This document shows positions 9,877 to 19,627 of a stretch of 64,000 bases of DNA, piece by piece; position 1 is the first letter of the stretch; each line of letters begins with the position of its first letter. Origin of the DNA: Candidatus Hadarchaeota archaeon (GTDB taxonomy: Archaea; CAYQAE01; CAYVLA01). The DNA lies in assembly GCA_964452145.1 (NCBI GenBank), contig CAYVLA010000007.1, positions 19,906 to 83,905 on the forward strand, read 5' to 3'. The notes under the pieces are model-generated. The model saw nothing but the letters and a program-made list of their open reading frames with translations, searched no databases and was not told the origin of the DNA. Position numbers and translations under genes: made by a program.

Positions 9877-11814
9877 CTAGACCAGGGAACGCAACATGGC
9901 CCATGTGTCCAGGTAATGTTCGGTGCAGCTCTCCGTCTCCCTCAGGAACTCCGACGTCTTCCGGGCCAGGTCATTCGCCTCATCACACCGGGCCGAGGCC
10001 CTCAGCATGACCGTCTGAGCCCTCATGCGCAACAGCTTGGTATAGTGTTTGATCAGGGCCAGATAACGCTTCTCTCGATCATCTGCAGCCTCCATTCGGT
10101 CCAGATCCGACGAGAACGCATCCGCCTCCCGCACGATCTGGGCTGCCCTCGCCCCATCGCAGGAGCTCAGCGGGCCCGTGTGGATCTTGTCGTCTGATGG
10201 GGACAGGAGGCGATCCATTCTTGACAGGTAGGCGTATACCGCGCTGCTGTTACGTCCGAAGCAAGCCTTGAGGTGTTCTCGGATCACCGCGTCGAGATCG
10301 ACCTCAGAGTCCCAGAGCGTTTCAGCCATGGATGCCATAGGAAGTCCCGTGGGGTAGAAGCATCTGAGGACCTGAACGCTCACCATTCCGTTGAGGTCCA
10401 GCTGCGTCAGAGACTTTATGTCCCGATGGATGAGGCGTGCAAACCCCAGGGGATTCAAATACCTGTGGTAAGGCATCCAGAGGTAGTACTCGAAGATGAA
10501 GCTATCCCCATCGAAGATCTCCTTCCACCCCTTCCGGATCAGCACGTATTCGGCGTTGGTTCTCGGTGGCCTGACCTCGTTCAAATCCCAGCCTCCGGAT
10601 TCGCCACCGCCCGAACACAGAGGATCGGAGAGGGAATGGACATAACAGCGGGATATGGGGGCGAACATGAAGACCAGCAGGTCCCGTTCAGGTCCGAACC
10701 TCTCCACCCTCGGGGGAGAGAGCGTGTTGCTGTAGCACAGGAAGACGAGCCTGGTCTTCAGCCCTTGCTTCCCCATCCTCTTGGCGACCGCTCTGACTAG
10801 TCTGACGTACCAGTCGGATGGGCTGAGCGTCCTGCAGGACTTGCATTCGCAAAAGTTGTTTGTTCCATCCGAAAGCCAGAAGTGGAGGCTGTCGACCTCC
10901 GGATGCGATGAAGCATATCCAACCACGTCATCCACGATTCCCCGGAAGGCTCTGGGGTTGGAGTAGCACAGCTCGGTGTTCAACGGAGTGTTGCCGTGGA
11001 ACTCCCTCTTCCCCCCGACCTCGGCCAATAGTTGGCGGGTCGCCTCATCGGGCTCCCTTTCAGCCTCATACCAGCCCAGGCCCGGGAATCCTACGGACTC
11101 CGCGGTCCAGCCATGACCGACCCTGTGCAGCATCAACCCCCTCGCCTTGACCGCCTGGATGACTTCATCGTCCATCTCAAGGGAGCGCTTCACGTCTATT
11201 TTCTCGGGGACCCCGTGGGATTTGTTGTACTCGCGGGAGTAGTAGTTATTCCAGAAGTACAAAGATGTCTTCAACTGAAGGAAGAAGGTGTTCATCTTGC
11301 GCTTTGCCATCCAGTCAATGATGCTGATCGCGTTCTCAAGAGATGGAGCGCACTCGATGGATACTCCCCGGTGGCGGTATGAGGCTTTCTGGGCGATCTC
11401 CAGATTGTACAGATCCGAGCAATCCCGCCTGGGAAGGACCTCTCCGAGGTATCCGGGTCCTATCCACCTGGCACCAAGATGCTCGAGAAGGTCGTATGTT
11501 GCGAAGAGAACGCTTCTGGGGTTCGACCCTGTGATGAGGCAGTTGCCATCCCTCTGCGTAACCAGTATCTCGTCATCCAGGTCGTGGGAAGGGCATTCCT
11601 CACCCAGGATGGGCGAGAACTGGTCTCTGGTACCAACTATGATGTGGCCTGATTCGTCGAAGGGAAGAGCCTCCGCGTGGGAAAGCCTAACCCTCTCCCC
11701 TGTCATCCTCATCAGACACCGGCGCAGTTCCGCGGCCGCGAACCTCACCGGATTCGGCGAGTCGGGGCTAACCTTGATCCCAAGATCGGGTTTGCCGGGC
11801 ATGGAATCCGGCAA
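9877..11814 (-). CDS. DUF4838-like protein with GH20/GH67-type N-terminal domain (putative glycoside hydrolase)
   Basis: FAAAELRRCL, ITGSNPRSVLFATYDLLE.LG.RW, IDWMAKRKMN, LCYSNP, WLSDG..NFCECKSC. Confidence 0.75.
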   Translation of the reverse strand: MPDSMPGKPDLGIKVSPDSPNPVRFAAAELRRCLMRMTGERVRLSHAEALPFDESGHIIVGTRDQFSPILGEECPSHDLDDEILVTQRDGNCLITGSNPRSVLFATYDLLEHLGARWIGPGYLGEVLPRRDCSDLYNLEIAQKASYRHRGVSIECAPSLENAISIIDWMAKRKMNTFFLQLKTSLYFWNNYYSREYNKSHGVPEKIDVKRSLEMDDEVIQAVKARGLMLHRVGHGWTAESVGFPGLGWYEAEREPDEATRQLLAEVGGKREFHGNTPLNTELCYSNPRAFRGIVDDVVGYASSHPEVDSLHFWLSDGTNNFCECKSCRTLSPSDWYVRLVRAVAKRMGKQGLKTRLVFLCYSNTLSPPRVERFGPERDLLVFMFAPISRCYVHSLSDPLCSGGGESGGWDLNEVRPPRTNAEYVLIRKGWKEIFDGDSFIFEYYLWMPYHRYLNPLGFARLIHRDIKSLTQLDLNGMVSVQVLRCFYPTGLPMASMAETLWDSEVDLDAVIREHLKACFGRNSSAVYAYLSRMDRLLSPSDDKIHTGPLSSCDGARAAQIVREADAFSSDLDRMEAADDREKRYLALIKHYTKLLRMRAQTVMLRASARCDEANDLARKTSEFLRETESCTEHYLDTWAMLRSLV

Positions 11815-11853
11815 GAGCGGCCCCCTTCTTAACCGTCTCGTCGCCAGTACCCG

Positions 11854-12327
11854 CTATGCCGCTTGTCTGCCGAGTCCGGTGGGCTTGTCGACGACCATCC
11901 CGAGTTGTTTGCAGAAGTTGCCGTAGTACCTTCTTCTGTAGTGGACGCACGTTGTGCAGATCTCCTTGACGAAGGTCTGCCGACAACTGTGGTCCTGCCA
12001 CCTATCGTAGCGCTGAGCCTCCGGCTTTGCCTCAAGCTTTCTACCCGTCCCCACCGGCTCTCCAATGAGGCTGAGCTTGTGTGGCAGAACCTGCTCGCCC
12101 TGTACCTTGACCGGAGCCGATGATCGCATGTGTCGGCGCATGTAGAAAAGGAGGAACACTATGCCTGCGATCGTCACACCTATGACAACGTAGGTGGACC
12201 GTTCCACCAACTTGTCCGCCTCATCGTATCCCACCCATGGCATGAACGCAATGATCACGCTGTAGATCGCCACAGCAGTTATGAGCAGCCACAGGAACCT
12301 GTACGACTTCTCGCCCTTCGCTGACAC
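11854..12327 (-). CDS. Hypothetical 2-TM membrane protein with C-terminal Cys cluster
   Basis: Two hydrophobic helices; C-terminal C-x9-CTTC-x11-C; divergent from AOR. Confidence 0.7.
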   Translation of the reverse strand: MSAKGEKSYRFLWLLITAVAIYSVIIAFMPWVGYDEADKLVERSTYVVIGVTIAGIVFLLFYMRRHMRSSAPVKVQGEQVLPHKLSLIGEPVGTGRKLEAKPEAQRYDRWQDHSCRQTFVKEICTTCVHYRRRYYGNFCKQLGMVVDKPTGLGRQAA

Positions 12328-12452
12328 TTCCCTCCCCAGGGTGATTTGCTCGGGCTGTTGAAAGCTGTTTTGTATTCGGCCGAGAATGAATCCGGAGAAA
12401 CATTAAAGGCCCTCGTGGCGGCGGGTCATGCGGTGAAGATACGTACGGATGG

Positions 12453-14252
12453 ATGAATTCCCTTCTCAGGGTCGACCTGGATTCCGGACAGATCAAGCAG
12501 GACAAGCTCGATGGATTGTTGCTCAAGCAGTTTCTGGGCGGACGTGGCCTCGGTGCAAGGATACTATACGATGAGCTCGCCCCAGCCATCGATCCTCTTG
12601 GCCCCGAGAACAAGCTGATATTCGCCACCGGACCGGTAACCGGGACAAGCGTTCCAACGTCCGGGAGGATGAGCGTCTCAACCAAGTCCCCCCTGACCAA
12701 CACCATCCTAGATGCCAATGCCGGAGGCAAATGGGGACCCGAGTTGAAGAGGGCGGGCCACGACGCCATGGTCATAGAGGGTGCAGCAGAGGAACCCTCG
12801 CTACTGGTCGTGGGCGAAGATGGCATAGACATCCGCAGTGGCAAGAGCTACTGGGGAAAGAAGGTCCACGAGAGTACCCGGTCCCTGTCCAACTATGAGG
12901 GCGGCGAGTATAACGTTGCCTGCATAGGCCCGGCCGGGGAGAAGCTGGTCCTGTTCTCGACGATAATGTTCGACAAGGCCGGCAACGGGGGCAGAGGGGG
13001 CGTCGCGGCCCGCGGCGGGCCGGGAGCGGTCATGGGATCCAAGAATCTCAAAGCGATCCTCGTCAGCGGGTCTAGGAGGGTGGAGATCGCAGATCCAGAG
13101 AAGCTGAAGTTCTTCGTGGCCGAGACTAGGAAGAAGCTTGACGAAAGCCCCATTACATCTAGAGCGCTTCCCAAGTTTGGCACAAACGTGCTGATGAACG
13201 TCATCAACATCCACGGCCTTCTTCCGGTGAGGAATTTTCAGGAGGGCTGTTCCGAGAAGGCCGACGAGGTCTCGGGCGAGGCCGTGACTGAGAGAATACT
13301 GAAAAAGCGAAGCGCCTGTTTCGGATGCCCGATTGGGTGCGGCAGGAAGACGCGCACAGCCCATGCCTCCGGAGACGGCCCCGAGTACGAGACGGCCTTT
13401 GCGTTGGGGCCGGAATGCGGGGTCTTCGACTTGGACGTCATCACCGAGGCCAACTATCTCTGCAATGAATACGGGCTTGACACCATATCTACGGGAGTCA
13501 CGATAGGCTGCCTCATGGAACTCGCCCAGCGCGGCATCATCAAGGAAGGAATCCGTTTCGGGGACGGCGAGTCGCTCAAGTCCCTCATACCCAGGATAGC
13601 TGCCAGGGATGGGATAGGTGATGAACTGGCTCAGGGCTCCAGAAGGTTTGCCGAGAGCCACGGAGCAGGTCGGTACTCCATGAGCGTGAAAGGCATGGAG
13701 CTCCCCGCCTATGACCCAAGAGGGGCGCAGGGCATGGCCTTGGCCTATGCTACGTCTAACAGGGGCGGATGCCACCTCCGAGGTTACATGATCGGTTGGG
13801 AGGTCCTTGGAGTCCCCAAACTAATCGATAGGTTCACCTGGTCGGGGAAGGCAGACCTGCTAGCGAGGGGCCAGGATCTCTACGCTTCGATGGATTCCCT
13901 CATCGTGTGCAAGTTCGTTGGCTACAACGTCAACCAGGAGTACCTTGCACGTGTGCTGAAGGCTACCACCGGGGTTGATTACAGTCAGGAGGACATCATG
14001 GAGATCGGGAAGAGAATCTACTCCTTGGAGAGGGCCTTCAACGCCCGGGAGGGATTCGATCGGAAGGACGACTCCTTGCCCCCCCGCTTCACCCAGGAGC
14101 CCCTGAAAGAGGGAGGCTCAAAGGGTGCCACGGTCAGGCTCCAAGAGATGCTCGACGAGTACTACGCCGTCAGAGGCTGGGACACCAACGGCGTTCCAAC
14201 CCGCAAGACTCTTGATGCTCTCGACCTGGGATTCGTAAGACTCGGAGGGTGA
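12453..14252 (+). CDS. aor: Aldehyde:ferredoxin oxidoreductase (W/Mo-pterin AOR family)
   Basis: LGGRGLG, KSPLT, CIGPAGE, GAVMGSKNLKAI, CFGCPIGC, GPEYET, YDPRG, ATSNRGGCH. Confidence 0.95.
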   Translation: MNSLLRVDLDSGQIKQDKLDGLLLKQFLGGRGLGARILYDELAPAIDPLGPENKLIFATGPVTGTSVPTSGRMSVSTKSPLTNTILDANAGGKWGPELKRAGHDAMVIEGAAEEPSLLVVGEDGIDIRSGKSYWGKKVHESTRSLSNYEGGEYNVACIGPAGEKLVLFSTIMFDKAGNGGRGGVAARGGPGAVMGSKNLKAILVSGSRRVEIADPEKLKFFVAETRKKLDESPITSRALPKFGTNVLMNVINIHGLLPVRNFQEGCSEKADEVSGEAVTERILKKRSACFGCPIGCGRKTRTAHASGDGPEYETAFALGPECGVFDLDVITEANYLCNEYGLDTISTGVTIGCLMELAQRGIIKEGIRFGDGESLKSLIPRIAARDGIGDELAQGSRRFAESHGAGRYSMSVKGMELPAYDPRGAQGMALAYATSNRGGCHLRGYMIGWEVLGVPKLIDRFTWSGKADLLARGQDLYASMDSLIVCKFVGYNVNQEYLARVLKATTGVDYSQEDIMEIGKRIYSLERAFNAREGFDRKDDSLPPRFTQEPLKEGGSKGATVRLQEMLDEYYAVRGWDTNGVPTRKTLDALDLGFVRLGG

Positions 14253-14256
14253 TTAC

Positions 14257-15102
14257 ATGGCAGAGTACGTGAAATCTCTGGCTCATCGCTTGAGGCTTGA
14301 CGCAGCAAGGCTTGGCACGCTAGCCGGGCAGGACGATATCCCGTCGAGGGCCGACATCCTCGCGGCCGCGAGGCTTCTGGAGAGATCGGTTTTCCACCTT
14401 GACAGGGCCACTTCCAACAGGAAAGCCTCTGAGGTGGTGGTGGCAGAGGAGGGCGAGATGCTCGACGTAGAGATCGAGAAGGACCTACTGGAGGCCAACA
14501 GGGCGATTGCCGAGGTCAACAGGGCCATCTTCGCCAAGCACGGCATCCTGTCCATTGATGTCATGGGATCGGTCGGATCGGGAAAGACGAGCCTGATAGC
14601 CGCCATGGTCGAGCGCCTTGGAGGCAGGTTGAGGTGTGGCATGCTGGGCGGCGATGTCGCCACGAGCATCGACGCAGACAGAATAAGAGAGAAGGGGGCT
14701 GAGACGGTTCAGGTAAACACGGGCAAGGAGTGCCACCTGGACGCCAATCTGGTGAGAAGGGCCCTGGACAGGTTCGATCTGAGCGGCTTGGACGTTCTCT
14801 TCGTTGAGAACGTTGGGAACTTGATCTGCCCCTCCGAGTTCGACCTGGGTTGCAGCAAGAGAGCGGTCGTCATATCGGTGACCGAGGGCGAGAGCATGGT
14901 GGTCAAGCACCCCATGATCTTCGCCGATGCGGATGTTGTGGCCATAAACAAGATCGACATGGCTGACGTCTTCGGCACCGATGTCGAGAAGCTCGAAGCC
15001 GATCTGGCCTTCATCAATCCCAGGACGACTGCGGTTAGAACGAGTGCAACGAGGGGACTCGGCATCGAAAGCCTCATGCAGGCTCTCTCCCTCCCCCCTT
15101 AA
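14257..15102 (+). CDS. hypB: Nickel-insertion GTPase HypB with N-terminal extension
   Basis: GSVGSGKTS, TGKECHLDA, ENVGNLICP, SVTEGE...KHP, NKID. Confidence 0.93.
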   Translation: MAEYVKSLAHRLRLDAARLGTLAGQDDIPSRADILAAARLLERSVFHLDRATSNRKASEVVVAEEGEMLDVEIEKDLLEANRAIAEVNRAIFAKHGILSIDVMGSVGSGKTSLIAAMVERLGGRLRCGMLGGDVATSIDADRIREKGAETVQVNTGKECHLDANLVRRALDRFDLSGLDVLFVENVGNLICPSEFDLGCSKRAVVISVTEGESMVVKHPMIFADADVVAINKIDMADVFGTDVEKLEADLAFINPRTTAVRTSATRGLGIESLMQALSLPP

Positions 15103-15113
15103 GCTAGCAATGT

Positions 15114-15488
15114 TCATTGCTGAACCGTTACGCTGATGATCTTCAGCTCGCGGCCCGATATGGTTTTCAAATCGCTGCTGCCACACGAGCAGCTCAACCT
15201 AGGGGTGTACAGATGAGAGGCTGGATCGTCATAGGGAGCTGTCCACCTGAACCGTGACCCGCAGCTCTGGCAGGCGAGAACTGCCGGACCGATCTCTACG
15301 TCAAGTTCTGCCCCTTCGGCCAAGGTTCCCTTCGAGGCGACCCCAAAGCAGAATCTCAGCTGATCGGGATTCAGGAGGGTGAGTTCTCCGATCTGCAGCT
15401 TGACCCTCGTGACGCGGCTTGCGCCTCTCTCGGCTGCCACGCCGACAGCTGTGCGCACCACAACGGTCGCCGAAGACAGCTCGTGCAT
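15114..15488 (-). CDS. hypA: Nickel metallochaperone HypA
   Basis: MHELS N-terminus, IGELT, CQSC...CSCG, SGREL. Confidence 0.92.
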   Translation of the reverse strand: MHELSSATVVVRTAVGVAAERGASRVTRVKLQIGELTLLNPDQLRFCFGVASKGTLAEGAELDVEIGPAVLACQSCGSRFRWTAPYDDPASHLYTPRLSCSCGSSDLKTISGRELKIISVTVQQ

Positions 15489-15659
15489 ACGGAAGAACTC
15501 GTCGATTGCCTTATAATGGGATTGGCCCCCTGGTGGGCCGCGCCAGCGAAAGGGGGTTTCGGTTGCCATCCATGACCTAAAGGACTGTAGAGGGATAAGC
15601 CCGCTCTTCGCTCTTCGGAATTATTTATTAGAACTCCTAGATCTGGACTGTCGACTCAA

Positions 15660-15751
15660 GGGGCCGTAGGGTAGCCTGGTCCATCCTTCCAGCTGCCACG
15701 TTTGGCTGGACTGGGGTGCTGGTGACTCCGGTTCAAATCCGGGCGGCCCCA
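15660..15751 (+). tRNA. tRNA-Pro(GGG) with 17-nt intron (15695-15711) at position 32/33; CCA not encoded
   Basis: Acceptor GGGGCCG/CGGCCCC+A, T-arm TCCGG-TTCAAAT-CCGGG, anticodon stem CCAGC/GCTGG; removing the intron restores a 7-nt loop TT-GGG-GT; TATA-like TTATTTATTA at 15621-15630. Confidence 0.92.
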
Positions 15752-15763
15752 TCCTAGGACGCG

Positions 15764-16684
15764 ATGCTTATGCAGTTTGGGACCTACGAGGACTCCGCCC
15801 TCCCGAGCCTTGCCGATCTAGTCCAGAAGGCCCACCCGCTTCACGAGATCTCCATCAGAACCATGAGGAAGGTGACCTTGGAGGACCCGAATTTCCTCCC
15901 AACCGACCTGCTCCTGGCCCGCAAGGCCGGATTGCTTCGCGGAGCAGTGATTGGTGCGCGGTACAGGAAATCCCCCCAGGACAAGGTAGCCAACAACCCG
16001 AACGCGTACGTCAAACTGATCTGCACCGTTCCTTTTGATGCGACCCTGATGCACGAGCTGCTGGAGAAGATGGCCGAGCACCTGAGAAGCGAGGGCTCCA
16101 AGAAGCTCATATACTCCAACTTTGCGAGCTGGCATCTCCTCCCGGGCGTCTATCTTCGCTATGAGGACCTACTAGACTTCCTCCTGTCGGAGGGATTCAA
16201 AAAGTGCGGGGAGTGCGTGGACTACATTGTGGACCTATCAGCCTTCAGGGTCCCAAGGAGAATCGTGGCCGCCGAGGATCGGCTGGTAGACAGCGGCGTG
16301 GTCTTCACCTTGGTTAACCCTACCGACAAGGAGAAGCTCAGAGACTGGGTGAAAGCCAAGTTCGGGTCGACATGGGCCTACGAGGCGGAGAGGGCAATAG
16401 GTCGTCCAGGTGCTGGGGTCTGGGTCGCAGAGGACGAGGGTGGGCCGATGGCCTTCTCCGTCTTCGGGTCCTTGGAACACCATTGGTTCGGGCCCATCGG
16501 AGTAATGGAGGAGAAGAGAAAGATGGGGGTTGGCTCTGTCATGCTCTTCAAGACACTTGAGTCAATGAAACAACTTGGGATAGGCAAGGCGGTCATCCCA
16601 TGGACCGGCCACCTCTTCTTCTACTCCCAAGTGCCCGGAGTAGTCGGACTGCGCCACTACTGGATGATGAGCAAGGACCTGTAG
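15764..16684 (+). CDS. GNAT-family N-acetyltransferase (two-domain)
   Basis: C-terminal WFGPIGVMEEKRKMGVGS acetyl-CoA motif, FFYSQV. Confidence 0.85.
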   Translation: MLMQFGTYEDSALPSLADLVQKAHPLHEISIRTMRKVTLEDPNFLPTDLLLARKAGLLRGAVIGARYRKSPQDKVANNPNAYVKLICTVPFDATLMHELLEKMAEHLRSEGSKKLIYSNFASWHLLPGVYLRYEDLLDFLLSEGFKKCGECVDYIVDLSAFRVPRRIVAAEDRLVDSGVVFTLVNPTDKEKLRDWVKAKFGSTWAYEAERAIGRPGAGVWVAEDEGGPMAFSVFGSLEHHWFGPIGVMEEKRKMGVGSVMLFKTLESMKQLGIGKAVIPWTGHLFFYSQVPGVVGLRHYWMMSKDL

Positions 16685-16695
16685 TCCGCTCCCAT

Positions 16696-17451
16696 CTACA
16701 GCTGTTTGCCGCATTGGGCGCAGAACTTGCTGTCGGACTTCAGTTCAGCGCCGCAGTGCCGACAGAAGGTTTTCGCCTCCTCTGGTTTGGGCTGCTCGGC
16801 CGGTTTGGCGGGTTCGGTCGGCGCTGCTTCGGGCTGTGCGGGGGCCGGAGAGGCGGCTGGAGGAGTTGTTGGAGCGGATGGCGCCGTTCCCGACGGCGGC
16901 GCGGCTGCAGATGCCTCCTGTTGGGTGAGGATCTTGGGGGAAACGAACGGCCCAGTGCGCGTGGAGGATTGGTAATAGACGACGGTCTTGGCGATCCTGT
17001 CGGAGAACCTCTGCCTAGGGTCGCCCTCCATGATCAACCCTCCTATCAGGTCTAGGAGGAACAGCACCCAGTGGATTCTCGATATGTTGCGTATCAAGGC
17101 AGACGCAATTAGGGGCTTCTCGCCGTTCTCGCCTACAACCTTCAAGGACATCAGCTGCTTCCCTATCGTGGCTCCTCGGTAGCTCTCCATGAAGGCGAAG
17201 TACAGGATTCCGAGGATTCCCAGGAACAGGCTCAGCACACCGAACCCAAATGCGCCGGAGGCCAGATGGCCATAGGCTGCATTGCGCACCCACCAATAGC
17301 CGCTGAAGAACCATCCTGCGAAGAGTATCGCCGCAAGGATGAAGTACACTATGGCCAGCAGGATCCCATCGATCACGATAGCCACGATCCTTCTGAACAA
17401 GTTCTCCTGCAAAACCGAGTCCTTCATGACCAGCTCAAGGGGCGCCACCAT
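16696..17451 (-). CDS. RDD-family membrane protein with Pro/Ala linker and C-terminal zinc ribbon
   Basis: RRIVAIVID, GATIGKQLMSLKV, IRN, QRFSDRIAKT; FCRHCG...FCAQCG. Confidence 0.88.
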   Translation of the reverse strand: MVAPLELVMKDSVLQENLFRRIVAIVIDGILLAIVYFILAAILFAGWFFSGYWWVRNAAYGHLASGAFGFGVLSLFLGILGILYFAFMESYRGATIGKQLMSLKVVGENGEKPLIASALIRNISRIHWVLFLLDLIGGLIMEGDPRQRFSDRIAKTVVYYQSSTRTGPFVSPKILTQQEASAAAPPSGTAPSAPTTPPAASPAPAQPEAAPTEPAKPAEQPKPEEAKTFCRHCGAELKSDSKFCAQCGKQL

Positions 17452-17976
17452 TCGATCGCCAGCCGCTAAGAAGCCGCCGCCCCTTAAAAAAGATTGTGGA
17501 CGGTGGACGAACTGTGGGCATCCGTATGCCTTACGATGTCAGACAGGGAGATCGACGGACTCAGGAAGGAAAGGGCCATCCTGATCGGCATCAGAAACGG
17601 CATCATGAAGGAGGTGTCCAACATCTCCAGTCGATTGAGGATCCCCTGTCTGGGAGGGTGATTCACAGCACCTTCGATGGATGTGCAGCCAGCGTCAAGA
17701 GGGTCTCCAAGTCGCTGAAGCTCGGAGACGACCAGGTATCAGGGATCATAGCTGGAATCAAGCGGAACCCGAAGACCAGTTATGCCTGAGCCAACGCCAA
17801 CCCCCCTGTTAATCCACCGATGCGACGATCTGCCGGTGGTGACACGAGTTGGGCGTTGGTTTCTGATTATCGCATGTGTCTGGAATCGCTTCAACACCTC
17901 ACTCTTTGGGGCGACTCCTCGAGCCGTCGCGTCCGGTTCAAGGATCGGTTCTGCCCTAGTGGATGAGTAATCCAGC

Positions 17977-19257
17977 CTAGGTGGAGATCAGACGCGAGAC
18001 CGCTACCTCTTTGTATAGCCTTCTGCGAACCATCAAAGTCCAAAGCGCAAAGCCGGCCACAAGCGAGATTGCGCTCACCGAGATCCATTCGATCAGGTAG
18101 ACCCAGAAGAGCGCCCGGTCCTTCAGCTTCACGGCCTCTCCTCTCAGCGCCTCGATAAGAGTTATGGCCTGGTCCATCTCGGTGGAAGCAGCCTGATACT
18201 CCGTTTCAAGGTAGCTCTGCCTGCCCCGATCGGCCACCCCCTGTATGTCGACCATCTTGGCGATGACCGGCGCGCCGTTGGCCCCGAACTTGTCGGCGAA
18301 GTCCAGCAATGAGTAGATGAAGCCTTTGGACGAGGCGAAGGAGGAGAATTTGGACCTGAGGGCATGGACCAATAGGACATCGTCGGGAAGCTTCCTGCCC
18401 GTGCTGAAGATCAGCTCCGCCAGTATGATGTCCTGTACATAGGGGTTTCTGGAGGGCTGCCAGTAGTAGTCCCCCGCCAGCATATCGGCGTGAGTCCATG
18501 TGGTGGCATTGTTGTACTTCCAGTACATGGTATGGGGCATCCATCCGGTTGAGTAACGCGGGTCGGGATACGCGCCTGGGTATCCGTAGCCCGGCCCGAA
18601 ATCACCGATCTCGTAGGTCGTTATCACGGCCCCCTCCCTGGGGATCGCTATACAACTGGTCGAAGGCGTCAGATAGGTCTCGACCCCCGTCAGGTCCTTG
18701 TATGGTTTGAAGACCGGCGCCACGTTCGGGTTGGTGTTCACGACATAACGCAGCGACAAGCGACTGCCATCCCAATAGAACTTCCCGCTGACGACCTTGG
18801 GCGCATCGTTCGGGAAGACGTCGGCAACGATGGAACGGGCCCACTCCACCGCTATGTACTCAGCCATGCTCATCACCGACCGATCTTGGATGGCACCTCT
18901 CCCCCCTTCGCTGATCGCCCTGCGGAGCATGGATTGCTGCTCGGCCGTGAAGTACTGTATCTCAAGCATGATGAGCATGAGGTACTCGTATTCGAGGAGA
19001 CCCCCGTAGTTCCTCGGGAAGTAGAGTCTGATGAACCTCTGGATGTCCGCGCCGGATAGCGCGGTGAGGTGAGTTCTAGCAGGAACCAGGTGAGGATCGG
19101 TCAGGGGATCGGCCTCAAGCCAGCCAGCTATGATGGGGATCACCGGCGGATTACCGATGATCAGAACCTTTGCGGGTCTGGCCGCTTCCCCACATGCACA
19201 AGAAAGGGAGATCAGGCTCAGGAGAACCACCAGCAGCGGTCTCGATACTTGACCCAT
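17977..19257 (-). CDS. Secreted, C-terminally membrane-anchored protein of unnamed paralog family (copy 2)
   Basis: Signal peptide, RLYFPR, REGA, FADKFGAN, ALFWVYLIEW...LWTLMVRRRLYKEV. Confidence 0.85.
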   Translation of the reverse strand: MGQVSRPLLVVLLSLISLSCACGEAARPAKVLIIGNPPVIPIIAGWLEADPLTDPHLVPARTHLTALSGADIQRFIRLYFPRNYGGLLEYEYLMLIMLEIQYFTAEQQSMLRRAISEGGRGAIQDRSVMSMAEYIAVEWARSIVADVFPNDAPKVVSGKFYWDGSRLSLRYVVNTNPNVAPVFKPYKDLTGVETYLTPSTSCIAIPREGAVITTYEIGDFGPGYGYPGAYPDPRYSTGWMPHTMYWKYNNATTWTHADMLAGDYYWQPSRNPYVQDIILAELIFSTGRKLPDDVLLVHALRSKFSSFASSKGFIYSLLDFADKFGANGAPVIAKMVDIQGVADRGRQSYLETEYQAASTEMDQAITLIEALRGEAVKLKDRALFWVYLIEWISVSAISLVAGFALWTLMVRRRLYKEVAVSRLIST

Positions 19258-19477
19258 GACCCAACTGCACTACCTACCCGGATAAAACGATTTCGAGGAC
19301 AAAGACCAAAGCCCAGGACCGCAGCCGGAGGGGCGAGTGCCCCCCTGGTATCAGCGGCCCTGGAATTGGTTCAGCTAGATGAAAAGCAGGGCCTTCAGCA
19401 GTCCCCCGGTGGCCCCACGGAAACAGGTTAGGCAAGCATTATCAGGTGCTGGGACCAACTCGATGCGAGGTGGCTGC

Positions 19478-19624
19478 TTGGCTGAGAAAGGCAGAGTGTA
19501 CAGGTGCAACATTTGCGGGAACGTCGTCCATGTCCTCGAGGCCGGAGCAGGCGAACTCGTCTGCTGTGGAGAACCGATGGAGCTTCTTGGCGAGGGAGAA
19601 GCGAAGGCCTATAGAAAGAAGTAG
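19478..19624 (+). CDS. Stand-alone desulfoferrodoxin FeS4 domain (desulforedoxin-like)
   Basis: VYRCNICGNVV.VLEAGAGELVCCGEPM; GAGGTG SD before TTG. Confidence 0.85.
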   Translation: MAEKGRVYRCNICGNVVHVLEAGAGELVCCGEPMELLGEGEAKAYRKK

Positions 19625-19627
19625 ACC

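Noticed and set aside
19345..19395. GGCCCTG...CAGGGCC stem, possible SECIS or ncRNA
   Set aside because: A 7-bp GC stem is expected by chance at this GC content; no Sec-containing ORF nearby
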